Of a stretch of 64,000 nt of DNA, positions 11,963-26,200 are shown one piece after another. The DNA is taken from the NCBI GenBank assembly GCA_002269645.1, contig NIVC01003532.1, positions 1 to 64,000 on the forward strand, in the 5' to 3' direction. Origin of the DNA: Macrostomum lignano. Taxonomy: Eukaryota. Position 1 is the stretch's first letter, and every line of letters begins with the position of its first letter. Position numbers and translations under genes: made by a program. The notes under the pieces were generated by a model, which saw only the letters and a list, made by a program, of their open reading frames with translations, made no database searches and was not told where the DNA came from.

Positions 11963-14900
11963 GTGAGTCATCTTCTTTGCGACAGTCTTTTCTGGATTTG
12001 AGTTTGGAAATAAGCGGATTTTCTGGGCAATTTATGGGGTTTTCGGTGCCAGTTAGAAATATGCTGAGAGGGAAACAGTGAGACGGAGACTGTGAGGGAG
12101 ACTGTTTGGGAGATATTGAGAAGAAGACTGAGAGAGGGAGATTGTGAGAAGGAGGCTAAAAGGGAGGCTGTAAGGGAGACTGAGAAGGAGATAGTGAGAG
12201 GAGACTGAGAGGAAGACTATGAGCGAGACTATGAGGGAGCCTTTGAGACGGAGACTGTGAGAGGGAGACTGTGAGGGAGACAGTGAGGAAGATAGTGAGA
12301 GGGAGACTGAGAGGGAGACTGTGAGAGGGAGACTGAGAGGGAGACAGTGATCGAGGGAGATGTGAGAGGAAGACTGAGAGGGAGACTGTGAGGGAGACTG
12401 AGAGGGAGACTGTGAGAGGGAGACTGTGAGGGAGACTGTGAGGGAGACTGAGAGGGAGACTGTGAGGGAGACTGTGAGGGAGACTGTGAGGGAGACTGAG
12501 AGGGAGACTGAGAGGGAGACTGTGAGGGAGACTGTGAGGGAGACTGTGAGGGAGACTGTGAGGGAGACTGTGAGGGAGACTGAGAGGGAGACTGTGAGAG
12601 GGAGACTGTGAGAGGGAGAATGGGAGAGCGAGGCAGTGAGGAGACTATGAATCGCCATTAGAGAGTGGTATCTATGAATGAACACAGTATTGCCTAAAAA
12701 AGCATTGTTGCTTAGCAAAATCTCAAAATTAAGGATCATACCAGTAGCTTGGTCGCTGGTAAACTGCTATATTTCATTGCGGTTATAAGAAATCATGGAG
12801 GCTTACAGCTAATCAACCATGCAATCATCCCCGCCTCCAGAGAACCCGGAGACTGTTGATTACAATTTGAAAATCCATCTGGTTGACGCGATGGAGTGGC
12901 GCAAACTCCAGCCGAAAAGTTTGAAGGTGCAGTTCGACAAGACGCAAATCAGCGGCAAAATGACGTTTAGCCTGCTGGGCTACTCGGAGCGAAATGCCAC
13001 CAAAATTTCCAAAGTGCACGTGAGTTCTCAATTGATTTCATTAAAAGCTTATTGCCACTTTGGTGTTGTCCAGGATACCAAGCCGATGCTGTTAGTCAAC
13101 TGAAAGAACAGCGCTATATAGCTGCGCACTCTGCGCTGGCCTTCCCGGTCCCCAGACATGAATCCCATCGAGCATGTCTGGGACTTCCTAAAACACAGCA
13201 TTCGAAGAGAGAATCCACCACGGAATGTTGCGGAGCTGCGTCATGTCATTGAAACACTTGGCAGCAGCTTCCCCAGGACTTTCTGCGCCGCCTCATCCTG
13301 GGGATGCCCCGCAGAGTCGCCGCACTTCTGCGTGCAAGGAACTTTCCCTTCCTCGCGGGCGGGTTAGTTGCATAACTTCAGGGTTGAATTTTGAGTTCTG
13401 TAGCCCAGTGGTCCAGCGCGGCGCTCTGATATGCCAGCGGCCCAGGCTCGATTCCAAGTGCAGTCACATTAATTTGGGGCTATTAGAATCACGGCTTGGC
13501 TCTGCTCGAGCAATTCACGCCATTGAAGGCCAATCCCTAAGGCACAGTGAAGTGTACATGTCCTACAATAAATAAAGTTAGGGCCGCTGTACACTCCTGT
13601 GTGAGTGTGAGCCTGTGCGTATGACTGCGTATGTATCCGCGCGCTTGTGTGCCTGCTCATGGGAGTCGGCGGGATGGGGGCAGTAATGTCTCTCGTTGGT
13701 TGTGTGACAATGTCGCCTAAAGTGCACACAGCGCCTGCCTCTCAGTAAGCAGATATCTTAGATCTTCCCACGTTTGTGCCGAAACAATCAATTGTTAAAA
13801 GTAGCAATTTCGGTCCTGTATTTTTCGTTGGAGTATTCAAAAGTGATCTCTTTCTAATCTCTTCCAGCTGCCCTTCTCAATGCTGGCTTCCAAGGAGCTT
13901 CCCGAGACGCAGGTAGGAGAGCTGGACGTATTAAAACTGCAGCTGAAGTGCGGCGCCAAGGATGAAGAGTGCAACCTGTACGATATGGGGTTCATGCAGA
14001 TCTCCGGCGAAATGGCCGCGGATCTTGGCCACGTTGCGTAAGCCACTGCTTCTATGTGTAGTAGCTTGTGTATGTACATGTACTTTCTTCCAGACACAAT
14101 GGTAATATCTGTTTTGGCCGTTGACTGTGACGTTGGCAGAGACTGTGAGAGGGAGACTGAGAAGGAGACTGAGAGGGAGACTGTGAGAGGAAGACTGAGA
14201 GGGAGACTGTGAGAGGGAGACTGAGAGGGAGACTGTGAGAGGGAGACTAAGAGGGAGACTGTGAGAGGGAGACTAAGAGGGAGACTGTGAGAGGGAGACT
14301 GTGAGAGGGAGACTGGGAGAGCGAGACTGAGAGAGAGGACCAAATGCGCTAAATTTTCTTTCAAATGGAAGAGTATTCGAGCTCAGATATTGTTTCGGTA
14401 CCAATATGAAGCGTTGGGGCTGTTGCATTCCTAGATTATGTCATGCCTTTGATGAAGTTTGTAAGAGTTAGTTCATTATGTGGACCTTCTTGAGTCATTA
14501 TAGGTAAAATACTTTATACACTGCAGTGTAAAGTTGTTAAAACTCAAAAATTAATCCGAGACTTCCTGTACAACTTTATCCCAGGGAGTGCTATAACAGT
14601 TCCAACTGCACTTGAACAAGAAGTGAGATTCGCTTTCTAACACCCACCTGTCGGCAGGTCCTCTTTTTCGTAAGGGATATATGGTCTCGCAGTCCTCATT
14701 GTTTCGCAGTCTAGCTCATAGCTTGCTAATTTAAAGTGTCACAGGGTGCCTTTGAATCCTGGATTGTGTTAAATTGTCAGAAAATAACACACATGCATGT
14801 ACAGTCTGTTACTTGTGCAGTAGTAAGTAGTTGAGTTGTCTATCTGGTACGCAACAAAAACCTACACCAGGCTATGAAATTGTTGCAGATCGATAAGACA

Positions 14901-17039
14901 ATAAAAGTCCTTGGGTTAGACAAAGTCATTGGCACGATTCTACAAAATACCTAAGACAGATAAAAAGCTATGCTTGATCGTCCAAGATCTTAGGAGTTCT
15001 ACAAAGAGAAGTTATTTTCATTAATCATTACTTCAAATAATACATTAAAATGGATATATAATTTATTTTTTTGAATATAACAACAAAAAACTCCAAAACT
15101 TTTGTTATAATATGCTTTAATCTACGACTCTTCAGTAAAACAAACGGTCCAAAGGTTAAATGTAACAACAAGTCAATAACGCAGACTTCATTGTGATTTG
15201 ATAAAACGAATTAACGGTCTTAATTGTGACCTATGAGTAGTACGCTTTAAAAATGGTGTTGGTGAGGCAGGTAAGCCAAAAGAAGAGCCAAGCTGATGAA
15301 ATTTCTACAGTAGATTTGGTACCTACTCAGATGTACAGTATAATGTACAGCCAAGTCTTTTTGTCTGAAACAGCTTTGTATAGCGCAGTGCTGAACTAGA
15401 AGCTATAGTCTATGGCCAGCCCCGGTTTGAACAACGGTTAGCGTTATTTTTAGTCTTCAAGAAGGTTCAGGTTTAAGAAAACTAACTTCTCCATGTACCT
15501 CCAGGACCCTGGTGTCGCCGGTCATACCGCTGGGCTGGTTCATTCAGCCGCTATTTAAAAAGGCCGGCTTCACTAATTGGGCATTCGGCAAGTGTCGCAC
15601 CTGGTACAAAGCTGAACCAGCAGAGATCTCGACAGCTATAGCCAATGTTAGCTGCCCAACCGAACTGGCGGTTGCTAGGAGCGATCCGGGCTGGTTTCTG
15701 CTCTCTAATTACTTGGCCGGAGTCCCCGCCGGCAATAAACCGCAGCCCAGCCAGGAGTGCTTTTATTCGGCTATCGAGGAAGTACCCGCGTATGTTTTTT
15801 GACTTCTTTACTTTATCATTCTTGCAGAACGACCCAAAGTAAATGCTGAATTTGAACAGAAATAAATCAAAGGTATTAAGAGCTAGATTAATGGGGGCCG
15901 AGATTCCAAGTGTTGTTGGAATCTCGTCTTGGCTCTCCTCGTGCAATTAACGGCCTTGCCAACCCCCCAAGGCACAGTGAAGTGTACATTTCTAACAATA
16001 AATAAAGTTAGGGTCGCTTTACACTCCTGTGTGAGTGTGTGCCTGTGCGTATGACTGCGTACGCATCCGCGCGCTTGTGTGCCTGCTCAGGGGAGTCGGC
16101 GGAATGGGCAGCAATGCATCTCGCCGGTTGTGTGACAATGTCTTTTAAAGTGCCCCTAACTATATTAAAAGACCTAAATCAATAGCCAAAATAAAATATC
16201 AACAACAGGTAAAAGTCGCATACTCCGGCCTCGCACTTCTCCCTTCCGTTCCCCGCTAACAGCAACATGCACGCTGCCCCAGCCAGCCTATGCTGCTACC
16301 GCACCTCGGACTCAGGCCTGCTACAAAAAGAGTTCGTAACCATTGAGAAGCCTCTGCTGCACGGCAGCTCAGTGCTTCGGTCGCATCCTTTCGGCTCGGA
16401 TTATCACAAGGAGCATTACCTGCCCGGCCACGTGCCCTACCTGTCCCACTGGTATTGGGACATTATGCCTCATATCTACTGCTGCATCTGGTGGACTGGG
16501 AATGCTTGCGTCAATATGTACATGAAGCTGCGACCGGCGCCGCAGATGAAGAGAAAAGAGCCGGGTAGTCAGGCAGGCTACGTGTACGGCTCAACCGTGC
16601 GACTGCTTGGCGCAAACCCGCCGCCGTCGGCCTTCTGCACAAAGCCGGGCGAGTACTGGCTAGTTCGCAGTCCGGCCATTGAGGTGCAAATTCGGTACTA
16701 CGTCGTGTCCGAGTACATTGGACCAAAAGACGTACCGAAGCCGACGCTTTATTCGTACTTTCGACCGTCCGGCTCCAGATCTGTGCTGGTCACGGCGCTG
16801 GCTATTAGAAGCATGGAGATGCCCCACCGAATAGTTGAGATCATCTGTCCCGAGGGCGAATACCGAGCCTATATCCAGGTTTGTTAGACGTCAAGCTTGG
16901 GTCTCCTTTGGGAGAATGTTTTCTAGCTTTCTGGTGAATTTAGTCAGTCAATCCAGACTCCTTATTAAAACAAATGTTTAGGCTTGGGAATTGTTAAAAA
17001 TGGTTAGTATCAGTTCCGAAATTGTACCTCTAATGTACC

Positions 17040-17070
<31 letters not shown>

Positions 17071-17167
17071 CGTTAGTTAGTTAGTTACTTAGTTAGTTAG
17101 TTAGTTCGTTAGTTAGTTAGTTCGTTAGTTAGTTAGTTCGTTAGTTAGTTAGTTACTTAGTTAGTTC

Positions 17168-17226
<59 letters not shown>

Positions 17227-17227
17227 C

Positions 17228-17265
<38 letters not shown>

Positions 17266-20200
17266 AAGTTAGTTAGTTAGTTAAATCTCAAAGTGCGGCC
17301 GCAATAATACATTTAGCTACTGAAAATATATTTTTTCGATACATATCGCCTCAAAATTACTACAATTAGATCTGTGTACACAGATGCGTTAGATAACAGG
17401 TACCAGATGCCTTACAAATGCCAGGGGCATCGGGGGGGCTTTTTAGCTCTTAATTCGTGTGAAACACATAGGTCATAGCCATAAACAATAATGGACACAA
17501 TATAAACCATCGTCCCACCTTTGAAGACGACAGCGTCTTCATTCACTAGTTAGTTGCTCATAAAATGCATTCACTCCCACTCCAGGTATCCGATATTCAC
17601 GCGGGTACCTCGGCCACCTACGAGTTGAGAATGGGCGGAGGAGTGGGCACCAAGCTGGTGGTTAGCGAGAGCTTGTTCACGGACGGCAACCGGGTGCTGT
17701 CGGTCCTGGCTCGCCACGCGGCCGGCCGGGTCGGCATCACGGCATACATCGCTCACCCTGGCGAGGAGTTCTTCAATTTATACGTGACAGTCAGCGGCGG
17801 CCTGATGGCGCAAAGCACCGGCTTAATTAAAGATGGCGGACATTGCACTGTTAACAAGATTAGAAAACATATTGACCGATTGTTCACAACTTCGTGCGAG
17901 TTCTGCGACGACCTGAACAAGTATGCTGAGGGCAGGCCGCTATACTTTGAAGACTACAATGGACCCGAGCATCTGAGGCTCACTGTTTCTGTTGACCCGC
18001 GCTGCAAAAACGACACAACCTGTCAGTACATGATGTGGTCCACCAATTATATGGAGTATTTTAAGTCTTCACTGAAAGCTAAAACTCTTCATATTGATAA
18101 ACTACTGCCGAATGTGAACAAAAAGGGTGAGTTGCCAAAATTAAGTGTTTTTATTTAGAGTCACTTTTTATGGATGAATTGTCTTTGAATCTACTTGATC
18201 TGCAACCGGGCTCTGTTTGGTCTCAGTCCCTTTTCTCCGTGATTTCTATCCATGCTTGTGTGGTGTCTGTCCAATGTCTGTGTGTGGTGTCTGTCCAATG
18301 TCTGTGTGTGGTGGCTGTCCAATGTCTGTGTGTGGTGTATGTCCAATGTCTGTGTGTGGTGTCTGTCCAATGTCTGTGTGTGGTGTCTGTCCAATGTCTG
18401 TGTGTGGTGGCTGTCTAATGTCTGTGTGTGGGTGTCTGTCCAATGTCTGTGTGGGTGTCTGTCCAATGTCTGTGTGTGGTGTCTGTCCAATGTCTGTGTG
18501 TGGTGTCTGTCCAATGTCTGTGTGTGGTGGCTGTCCAATGTCTGTGTGTGGTGTCTGTCCAATGTCTGTGTGTGGTGTCTGTACAATGTCTGTGTGTGGT
18601 GGCTGTCCAATGTCTGTGTGTGGTGTCTGTCCAATGTCTGTGTGTGGTGGCTGTCCAATGTCTGTGTGTGGTGTCTGTCCAATGTCTGTGTGTGGTGTCT
18701 GTCCAATGTCTGTGTGTAGTGGCTGTCCAATGTCTGTGTGTGGTGTCTGTCCAATGTCTGTGTGTGGTGTCTGTCTAATGTCTGTGTGGGTGTCTGTCCA
18801 ATGTCTGTGTGTGGTGTCTGTCCAATGTTTGTGTGTGGTGTCTGTCCAATGTCTGTGTGTGGTGTCTGTCTAATGTCTGTGTGGGTGTCTGTCCAATGTC
18901 TGTGTGGGTGTTTGTCATATGTCTGTGTGTGGTGTCTGTCCAATGTCTGTGTGTGGTGTCTGTCCAATTTCTGTGTGTGGTGGCTGTCCAATGTCTGTGT
19001 GTGGTGGCTGTCCAATGTCTGTGTGTGGTGTCTGTCCAATGTCTGTGTGTGGTGGCTGTCCAATGTCTGTGTGTGGTGTCTGTCCAATGTCTGTGTGTGG
19101 TGGCTGTCCAATGTCTGTGTGTGGTGGCTGTCCAATGTCTGTGTGTGGTGTCTGTCCAATGTCTGTGTGTGGTGTCTGTCCAATGTCTGTGTGTCGTGTC
19201 TGTCCAATGTCTGTGTGTGGTGTCTGTCTAATGTCGGTGTGGGTGTCTGTCCAATGTCTGTGTGTGGTGTCTGTCCAATGTCTGTGTGTGGTGTCTGTCC
19301 AATGTCTGTGTGGGTGTCTGTCTAATGTCTGTGTGTGGTGGCTGTCCAATGTCTGTGTGTGGTGTCTGTCCAATGTCTGTGTGTGGTGTCTGTCCAATGT
19401 CTGTGTGTAGTGTCTGTCCAATGTCTGTGTGTGGTGGCTGTCCAATGTCTGTGTGTGGTGTCTGTCCAATGTCTGTGTGTGGTGGCTGTCCAATGTCTGT
19501 TGTGTGGTGTCTGTCCAATGTCTGTGTGTGGTGTCTGTCCAATGTCTGTGTGTGGTGTCTGTCCAATGTCTGTGTGTGGTGTCTGTCCAATGTCTGTGTG
19601 TGGTGGCTGTCCAATGTCTGTGTGTGGTGTCTGTCCAATGTCTGTGTGTGGTGTCTGTCCAATGTCTGTGTGTCGTGTCTGTCCAATGTCTGTGTGTGGT
19701 GTCTGTCTAATGTCTGTGTGGGTGTCTGTCCAATGTCTGTGTGTGGTGTCTGTCCAATGTCTGTGTGTGGTGTCTGTCCAATGTCTGTGTGTGGTGTCTG
19801 TCCAATGTCTGTGTGTGGTGGCTGTCCAATGTCTGTGTGTGGTGTCTGTCCAATGTCTGTGTGGGTGTCTGTCCAATGTCTGTGTGTGGTGTCTGTCCAA
19901 TGTCTGTGTGTGGTGTCTGTCCAATGTCTGTGTGTGGTGTCTGTCTAATGTCTGTGTGGGTGTCTGTCCAATGTCTGTGTGGGTGTCTGTCCAATGTCTG
20001 TGTGTGGTGTCTGTCCAATGTCTGTGTGTGGTGTCTGTCCAATGTCTGTGTGTGGTGTCTGTCCAATGTCTGTGTGTGGTGTCTGTCCAATGTCTGTGTG
20101 TGGTGTCTGTCCAATGTCTGTGTGTGGTGTCTGTCCAATGTCTGTGTGTGGTGTCTGTCCAATGTCTGTGTGTGGTGTCTGTCCAATGTCTGTGTGTGGT

Positions 20201-23200
20201 GTCTGTCCAATGTCTGTGTGTGGTGTCTGTCCAATGTCTGTGTGTGGTGTCTGTCCAATGTCTGTGTGTGGTGTCTGTCCAATGTCTGTGTGTGGTGTCT
20301 GTCCAATGTCTGTGTGTGGTGTCTGTCCAATGTCTGTGTGTGGTGTCTGTCCAATGTCTGTGTGTGGTGTCTGTCCAATGTCTGTGTGTGGTGTCTGTCC
20401 AATGTCTGTGTGTGGTGTCTGTCCAATGTCTGTGTGTGGTGTCTGTCCAATGTCTGTGTGTGGTGTCTGTCCAATGTCTGTGTGTGGTGTCTGTCCAATG
20501 TCTGTGTGTGGTGTCTGTCCAATGTCTGTGTGTGGTGTCTGTCCAATGTCTGTGTGTCGTGTCTGTCCAATGTCTGTGTGTGGTGTCTGTCCAATGTCTG
20601 TGTGTGGTGTCTGTCCAATGTCTGTGTGTGGTGTCTGTCTAATGTCTGTGTGTGGTGTCTGTCCAATGTCTGTGTGTGGTGTCTGTCCAATGTCTGTGTG
20701 TGGTGTCTGTCCAATGTCTGTGTGTGGTGTCTGTCCAATGTCTGTGTGGGTGTCTGTCCAATGTCTGTGTGTGGTGTCTGTCCAATGTCTGTGTGTGGTG
20801 TCTGTCCAATGTCTGTGTGTGGTGTCTGTCCAATGTCTGTGTGTGGTGGCTGTCCAATGTCTGTGTGTGGTGGCTGTCCAATGTCTGTGTGTGGTGTCTG
20901 TCCAATGTCTGTGTGTGGTGTCTGTCCAATGTCTGTGTGTGGTGTCTGTCCAATGTCTGTGTGTGGTGTCTGTCCAATGTCTGTGTGTGGTGTCTGTCCA
21001 ATGTCTGTGTGTGGTGTCTGTCCAATGTCTGTGTGTGGTGTCTGTCCAATGTCTGTGTGTGGTGTCTGTCTAATGTCTGTGTGGGTGTCTGTCCAATGTC
21101 TGTGTGTCGTGTCTGTCCAATGTCTGTGTGTGGTGTCTGTCTAATGTCTGTGTGTGGTGTCTGTCCAATGTCTGTGTGTGGTGTCTGTCCAATGTCTGTG
21201 TGTGGTGTCTGTCTAATGTCTGTGTGTGGTGTCTGTCCAATGTCTGTGTGTCGTGTCTGTCCAATGTCTGTGTGTGGTGTCTGTCCAATGTCTGTGTGTG
21301 GTGTCTGTCCAATGTCTGTGTGTGGTGTCTGTCTAATGTCTGTGTGTGGTGTCTGTCCAATGTCTGTGTGGGTGTCTGTCCAATGTCTGTGTGTGGTGTC
21401 TGTCCAATGTCTGTGTGTGGTGTCTGTCCAATGTCTGTGTGGGTGTCTGTCCAATGTCTGTGTGTGGTGTCTGTCCAATGTCTGTGTGTGGTGTCTGTCC
21501 AATGTCTGTGTGTGGTGTCTGTCCAATGTCTGTGTGTGGTGGCTGTCCAATGTCTGTGTGTGGTGTCTGTCCAATGTCTGTGTGTGGTGTCTGTCCAATG
21601 TCTGTGTGTGGTGTCTGTCCAATGTCTGTGTGTCGTGTCTGTCCAATGTCTGTGTGTGGTGTCTGTCTAATTTCTGTGTGGGTGTCTGTCCAATGTCTGT
21701 GTGTGGTGTCTGTCCAATGTCTGTGTGTGGTGTCTGTCCAATGTCTGTGTGGGTGTCTGTCCAATGTCTGTGTGGGTGTCTGTCCAATGTCTGTGTGTGG
21801 TGTATGTCCAATGTCTGTGTGTGGTGTCTGTCCAATGTCTGTGTGTGGTGTCTGTCCAATGTCTGTGTGTGGTGGCTGTCCAATGTCTGTGTGTGGTGTC
21901 TGTCCAATGTCTGTGTGTGGTGTCTGTCCAATGTCTGTTGTGTGGTGTCTGTCCAATGTCTGTGTGTGGTGTCTGTCCAATGTCTGTGTGTGGTGTCTGT
22001 CCAATGTCTGTGTGTGGTGGCTGTCCAATGTCTGTGTGTGGTGTCTGTCCAATGTCTGTGTGTGGTGTCTGTCCAATGTCTGTGTGTGGTGTCTGTCCAA
22101 TGTCTGTGTGTGGTGTCTGTCCAATGTCTGTGTGTGGTGTCTGTCCAATGTCTGTGTGGGTGTCTGTCCAATGTCTGTGTGTGGTGTCTGTCCAATGTCT
22201 GTGTGTGGTGTCTGTCCAATGTCTGTGTGTGGTGTCTGTCTAATTTCTGTGTGGGTGTCTGTCCAATGTCTGTGTGTGGTGTCTGTCCAATGTCTGTGTG
22301 TGGTGTCTGTCCAATGTCTGTGTGGGTGTCTGTCCAATGTCTGTGTGTGGTGGCTGTCCAATGTCTGTGTGTGGTGGCTGTCCAATGTCTGTGTGTGGTG
22401 TCTGTCCAATGTCTGTGTGTGGTGTCTGTCCAATGTCTGTGTGTCGTGTCTGTCCAATGTCTGTGAGTGGTGTCTGTCTAATGTCTGTGTGGGTGTCTGT
22501 CCAATGTCTGTGTGTGGTGTCTGTCCAATGTCTGTGTGTGGTGTCTGTCCAATGTCTGTGTGGGTGTCTGTCTAATGTCTGTGTGTGGTGGCTGTCCAAT
22601 GTCTGTGTGTGGTGTCTGTCCAATGTCTGTGTGTGGTGTCTGTCCAATGTCTGTGTGTGGTGTCTGTCCAATGTCTGTGTGTGGTGGCTGTCCAATGTCT
22701 GTGTGTGGTGTCTGTCCAATGTCTGTGTGTGGTGGCTGTCCAATGTCTGTTGTGTGGTGTCTGTCCAATGTCTGTGTGTGGTGTCTGTCCAATGTCTGTG
22801 TGTGGTGTCTGTCCAATGTCTGTGTGTGGTGTCTGTCCAATGTCTGTGTGTGGTGGCTGTCCAATGTCTGTGTGTGGTGTCTGTCCAATGTCTGTGTGTG
22901 GTGTCTGTCCAATGTCTGTGTGTCGTGTCTGTCCAATGTCTGTGTGTGGTGTCTGTCTAATGTCTGTGTGGGTGTCTGTCCAATGTCTGTGTGTGGTGTC
23001 TGTCCAATGTCTGTGTGTGGTGTCTGTCCAATGTCTGTGTGTGGTGTCTGTCCAATGTCTGTGTGTGGTGGCTGTCCAATGTCTGTGTGTGGTGTCTGTC
23101 CAATGTCTGTGTGTCGTGTCTGTCCAATGTCTGTGTGTGGTGTCTGTCCAATGTCTGTGTGTGGTGTCTGTCCAATGTCTGTGTGTGGTGTCTGTCTAAT

Positions 23201-26200
23201 GTCTGTGTGGGTGTCTGTCCAATGTCTGTGTGTGGTGTCTGTCCAATGTCTGTGTGTGGTGTCTGTCCAATGTCTGTGTGTGGTGTCTGTCTAATGTCTG
23301 TGTGGGTGTCTGTCCAATGTCTGTGTGGGTGTCTGTCCAATGTCTGTGTGTGGTGTCTGTCCAATGTCTGTGTGTGGTGTCTGTCCAATGTCTGTGTGTG
23401 GTGTCTGTCTAATGTCTGTGTGTGGTGTCTGTCCAATGTCTGTGTGTGGTGTCTGTCCAATGTCTGTGTGTGGTGTCTGTCTAATGTCTGTGTGGGTGTC
23501 TGTCCAATGTCTGTGTGGGTGTCTGTCCAATGTCTGTGTGTGGTGTCTGTCCAATGTCTGTGTGTGGTGTCTGTCCAATGTCTGTGTGTGGTGTCTGTCC
23601 AATGTCTGTGTGTGGTGTCTGTCCAATGTCTGTGTGTGGTGTCTGTCCAATGTCTGTGTGTGGTGTCTGTCCAATGTCTGTGTGTGGTGTCTGTCCAATG
23701 TCTGTGTGTGGTGTCTGTCCAATGTCTGTGTGTGGTGTCTGTCCAATGTCTGTGTGTGGTGTCTGTCCAATGTCTGTGTGTGGTGTCTGTCCAATGTCTG
23801 TGTGTGGTGTCTGTCCAATGTCTGTGTGGGTGTCTGGCTAATGTCAGTGTGTGGTGTCTGTCCAATGTCTGTGTGTGGTGTCTGTCCAATGTCTGTGTGT
23901 GGTGGCTGTCCAATGTCTGTGTGGGTTTCTGTCCAATGTCTGTGTGTGGTGTCTGTCCAATGTCTGTGTGTGGTGTCTGTCCAATGTCTGTGTGTGGTGT
24001 CTGTCCAATGTCTGTGTGTGGTGTCTGTCCAATGTCTGTGTGTGGTGTCTGTCCAATGTCTGTGTGTGGTGTCTGTCCAATGTCTGTGTGTGGTGGCTGT
24101 CCAATGTCTGTTGTGTGGTGGCTGTCTAATGTCTGTGTGGGTGTCTGTCCAATGTCTGTGTGTGGTGTCTGTCCAATGTCTGTGTGTGGTGGCTGTCCAA
24201 TGTTTGTGTGGGTGTCTGTCCAATGTCTTTGTGGGTGTCTGTCCAATGTCTGTGTGGGTGTCTGTCCAATGTCTGTGTGGGTGTCTGTCCAATGTCTGTG
24301 TGTGGTGTCTGTCCAATGTCTGTGTGTGGTGTCTGTCCAATGTCTGTGTGTGGTGTCTGTCCAATGTCTGTGTGTGGTGTCTGTCCAATGTCTGTGTTGT
24401 GTCTGTCCAATGTCTGTGTGTGGTGGCTGTCCAATGTCTGTGTGGGTGTCTGTCCAATGTCTGTGTGTGGTGTCTGTCCAATGTCTGTGTGTGGTGTCTG
24501 TCCAATGTCTGTGTGGGTGTCTGTCCAATGTCTGTGTGTGGTGTCTTTCCAATGTCTGTGTGTGGTGTCTGTCCAATGTCTGTGTGTGGTGTCTGTCCAA
24601 TGTCTGTTGGAGTGGGTGTTCGTCCAACGTCCGTGTGTGGTGTCTGTCCAATGTCTGTGTGTGGTGTCTGTCCAATGTCTGTGTGTGGGTGTCTGTCCAA
24701 TGTCTGTGTGGTGTCTGTCCAATGTCTGTGTGTGGTGTCTGTCCAATGTCTGTGTGGGTGTCTGTCCAATGTCTGTGTGTGGTGTCTGTCCAATGTCTGT
24801 TGGAGTGGGTGTTCGTCTAACGTCCGTGTGTGGTCTCTGTCCAATGTCTGTGTGTGGTGTCTGTCCAATGTCTGTGTGTGGTGTCTGTCCAATGTCTGTG
24901 TGTGGTGGCTGTCTAATGTCTTTGTGTGGTGTCTGTCCAATGTCTGGTGGGTGTCTGTCCAATGTCAGTTGGAGTGGGTGTCTGTCCAATGTCTGGTGGG
25001 TGTCTGTCCAATGTCAGTTGGAGTGGGTGTCTGTCCAACGTCCGTGTGTGGTGTCTGTCAAATGTCTTTGTGATCTGTACCCAATATCTGTCTAACTTTT
25101 ACCTAATATCTGTGATCTGTACCCAATATCTGTCTAACTTTTACTTAATATCTGTGTGATCTGTATTAAATGTCTTTGTGATCTGTACCCAATATCTGTC
25201 TAACTTTTACCTAATATCTGTGTGATCTGTACCCAATATCTGTCTAACTTTTACCTAATATCTGTGTAATTTGTATCAGTTCTTAATACTGTCTCTATTG
25301 TATTATTTAGCTTGAGCAGACACCTGACACATACCCAGATAATTCCGGTCTCAACCATGCAGTGCACAGGTAGGTATCGCTACTACGAGCGTACCTTTGT
25401 GTTCCGAATATTCCCTACAGGTTTTCCTGTCTGTCAGCGGCCGAACATCACCGGGCTGGACGTGTTGGAGACTCAGCGATTCACCGTGTCGTCCACGATG
25501 CCGCTGAACTGCTTGAAACCGTTCAGCGCCTCTGCTTCAAAAGTCGTTGCCGAGTGCAGGCAGGGGCCGAAGGGGCCGGCCTTTACCGTGCCAAAGGATT
25601 TCATTTGTGCCCGTGAGTTTCTATTGGGTATCTAGGGTATCTATTGGGTATCTATTGGGTATCTATTGGGTATCTATTTGGTATCTACATGGGTATCTAT
25701 TGGGTATCTATTAGTATCTATTGGGTATCTATTGGGTATCTATTGGGTATCGATTGGGTATCTATTGGTTATTTATTGGGTATCTATTGGGTATCTATTG
25801 GGTATCTATTGGGTATCTATTGGGTATTTATTGGGTATCTATTGGGTATTGCATCTATTAGGTATCTATTGTGCAAGACAGTGTGGCTGTCCAACACGTG
25901 CGTGTGCTACGAATACTTCACTGGTGAAACATGGTAATGAACTCATTCATCCCTGCTGTAACTATCTATCTAACACACGCAATATATTTATCTTACACAC
26001 TCAACCTATTTATCTAACACACGGAACCTATTTATCTAACACACGGAACCTATTTATCTAACACACGGAACCTATTTATCTAACACACTTGACCTTTCTT
26101 TTTAACACATTCAAACTATTTATTCAAGCCATTTAAGCTAACACACCCATCCGATTTATCTAACACACCCAATCTGTTTATCTAAAACAACATGCCTACA

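Noticed and set aside
18191-25159. Dozens of long ORFs (WCLSNVCV, DRHHTQTL, CGVCPMSV repeats)
   Set aside because: Artefacts of a 24-bp minisatellite that lacks stops in most frames; it lies inside a predicted intron.
25311-25368. AG/GT-bounded candidate mini-exon before the Sushi exon
   Set aside because: In the phase required by exon 6 it begins GCT TGA (stop); direct splicing 18126 to 25421 preserves the frame.
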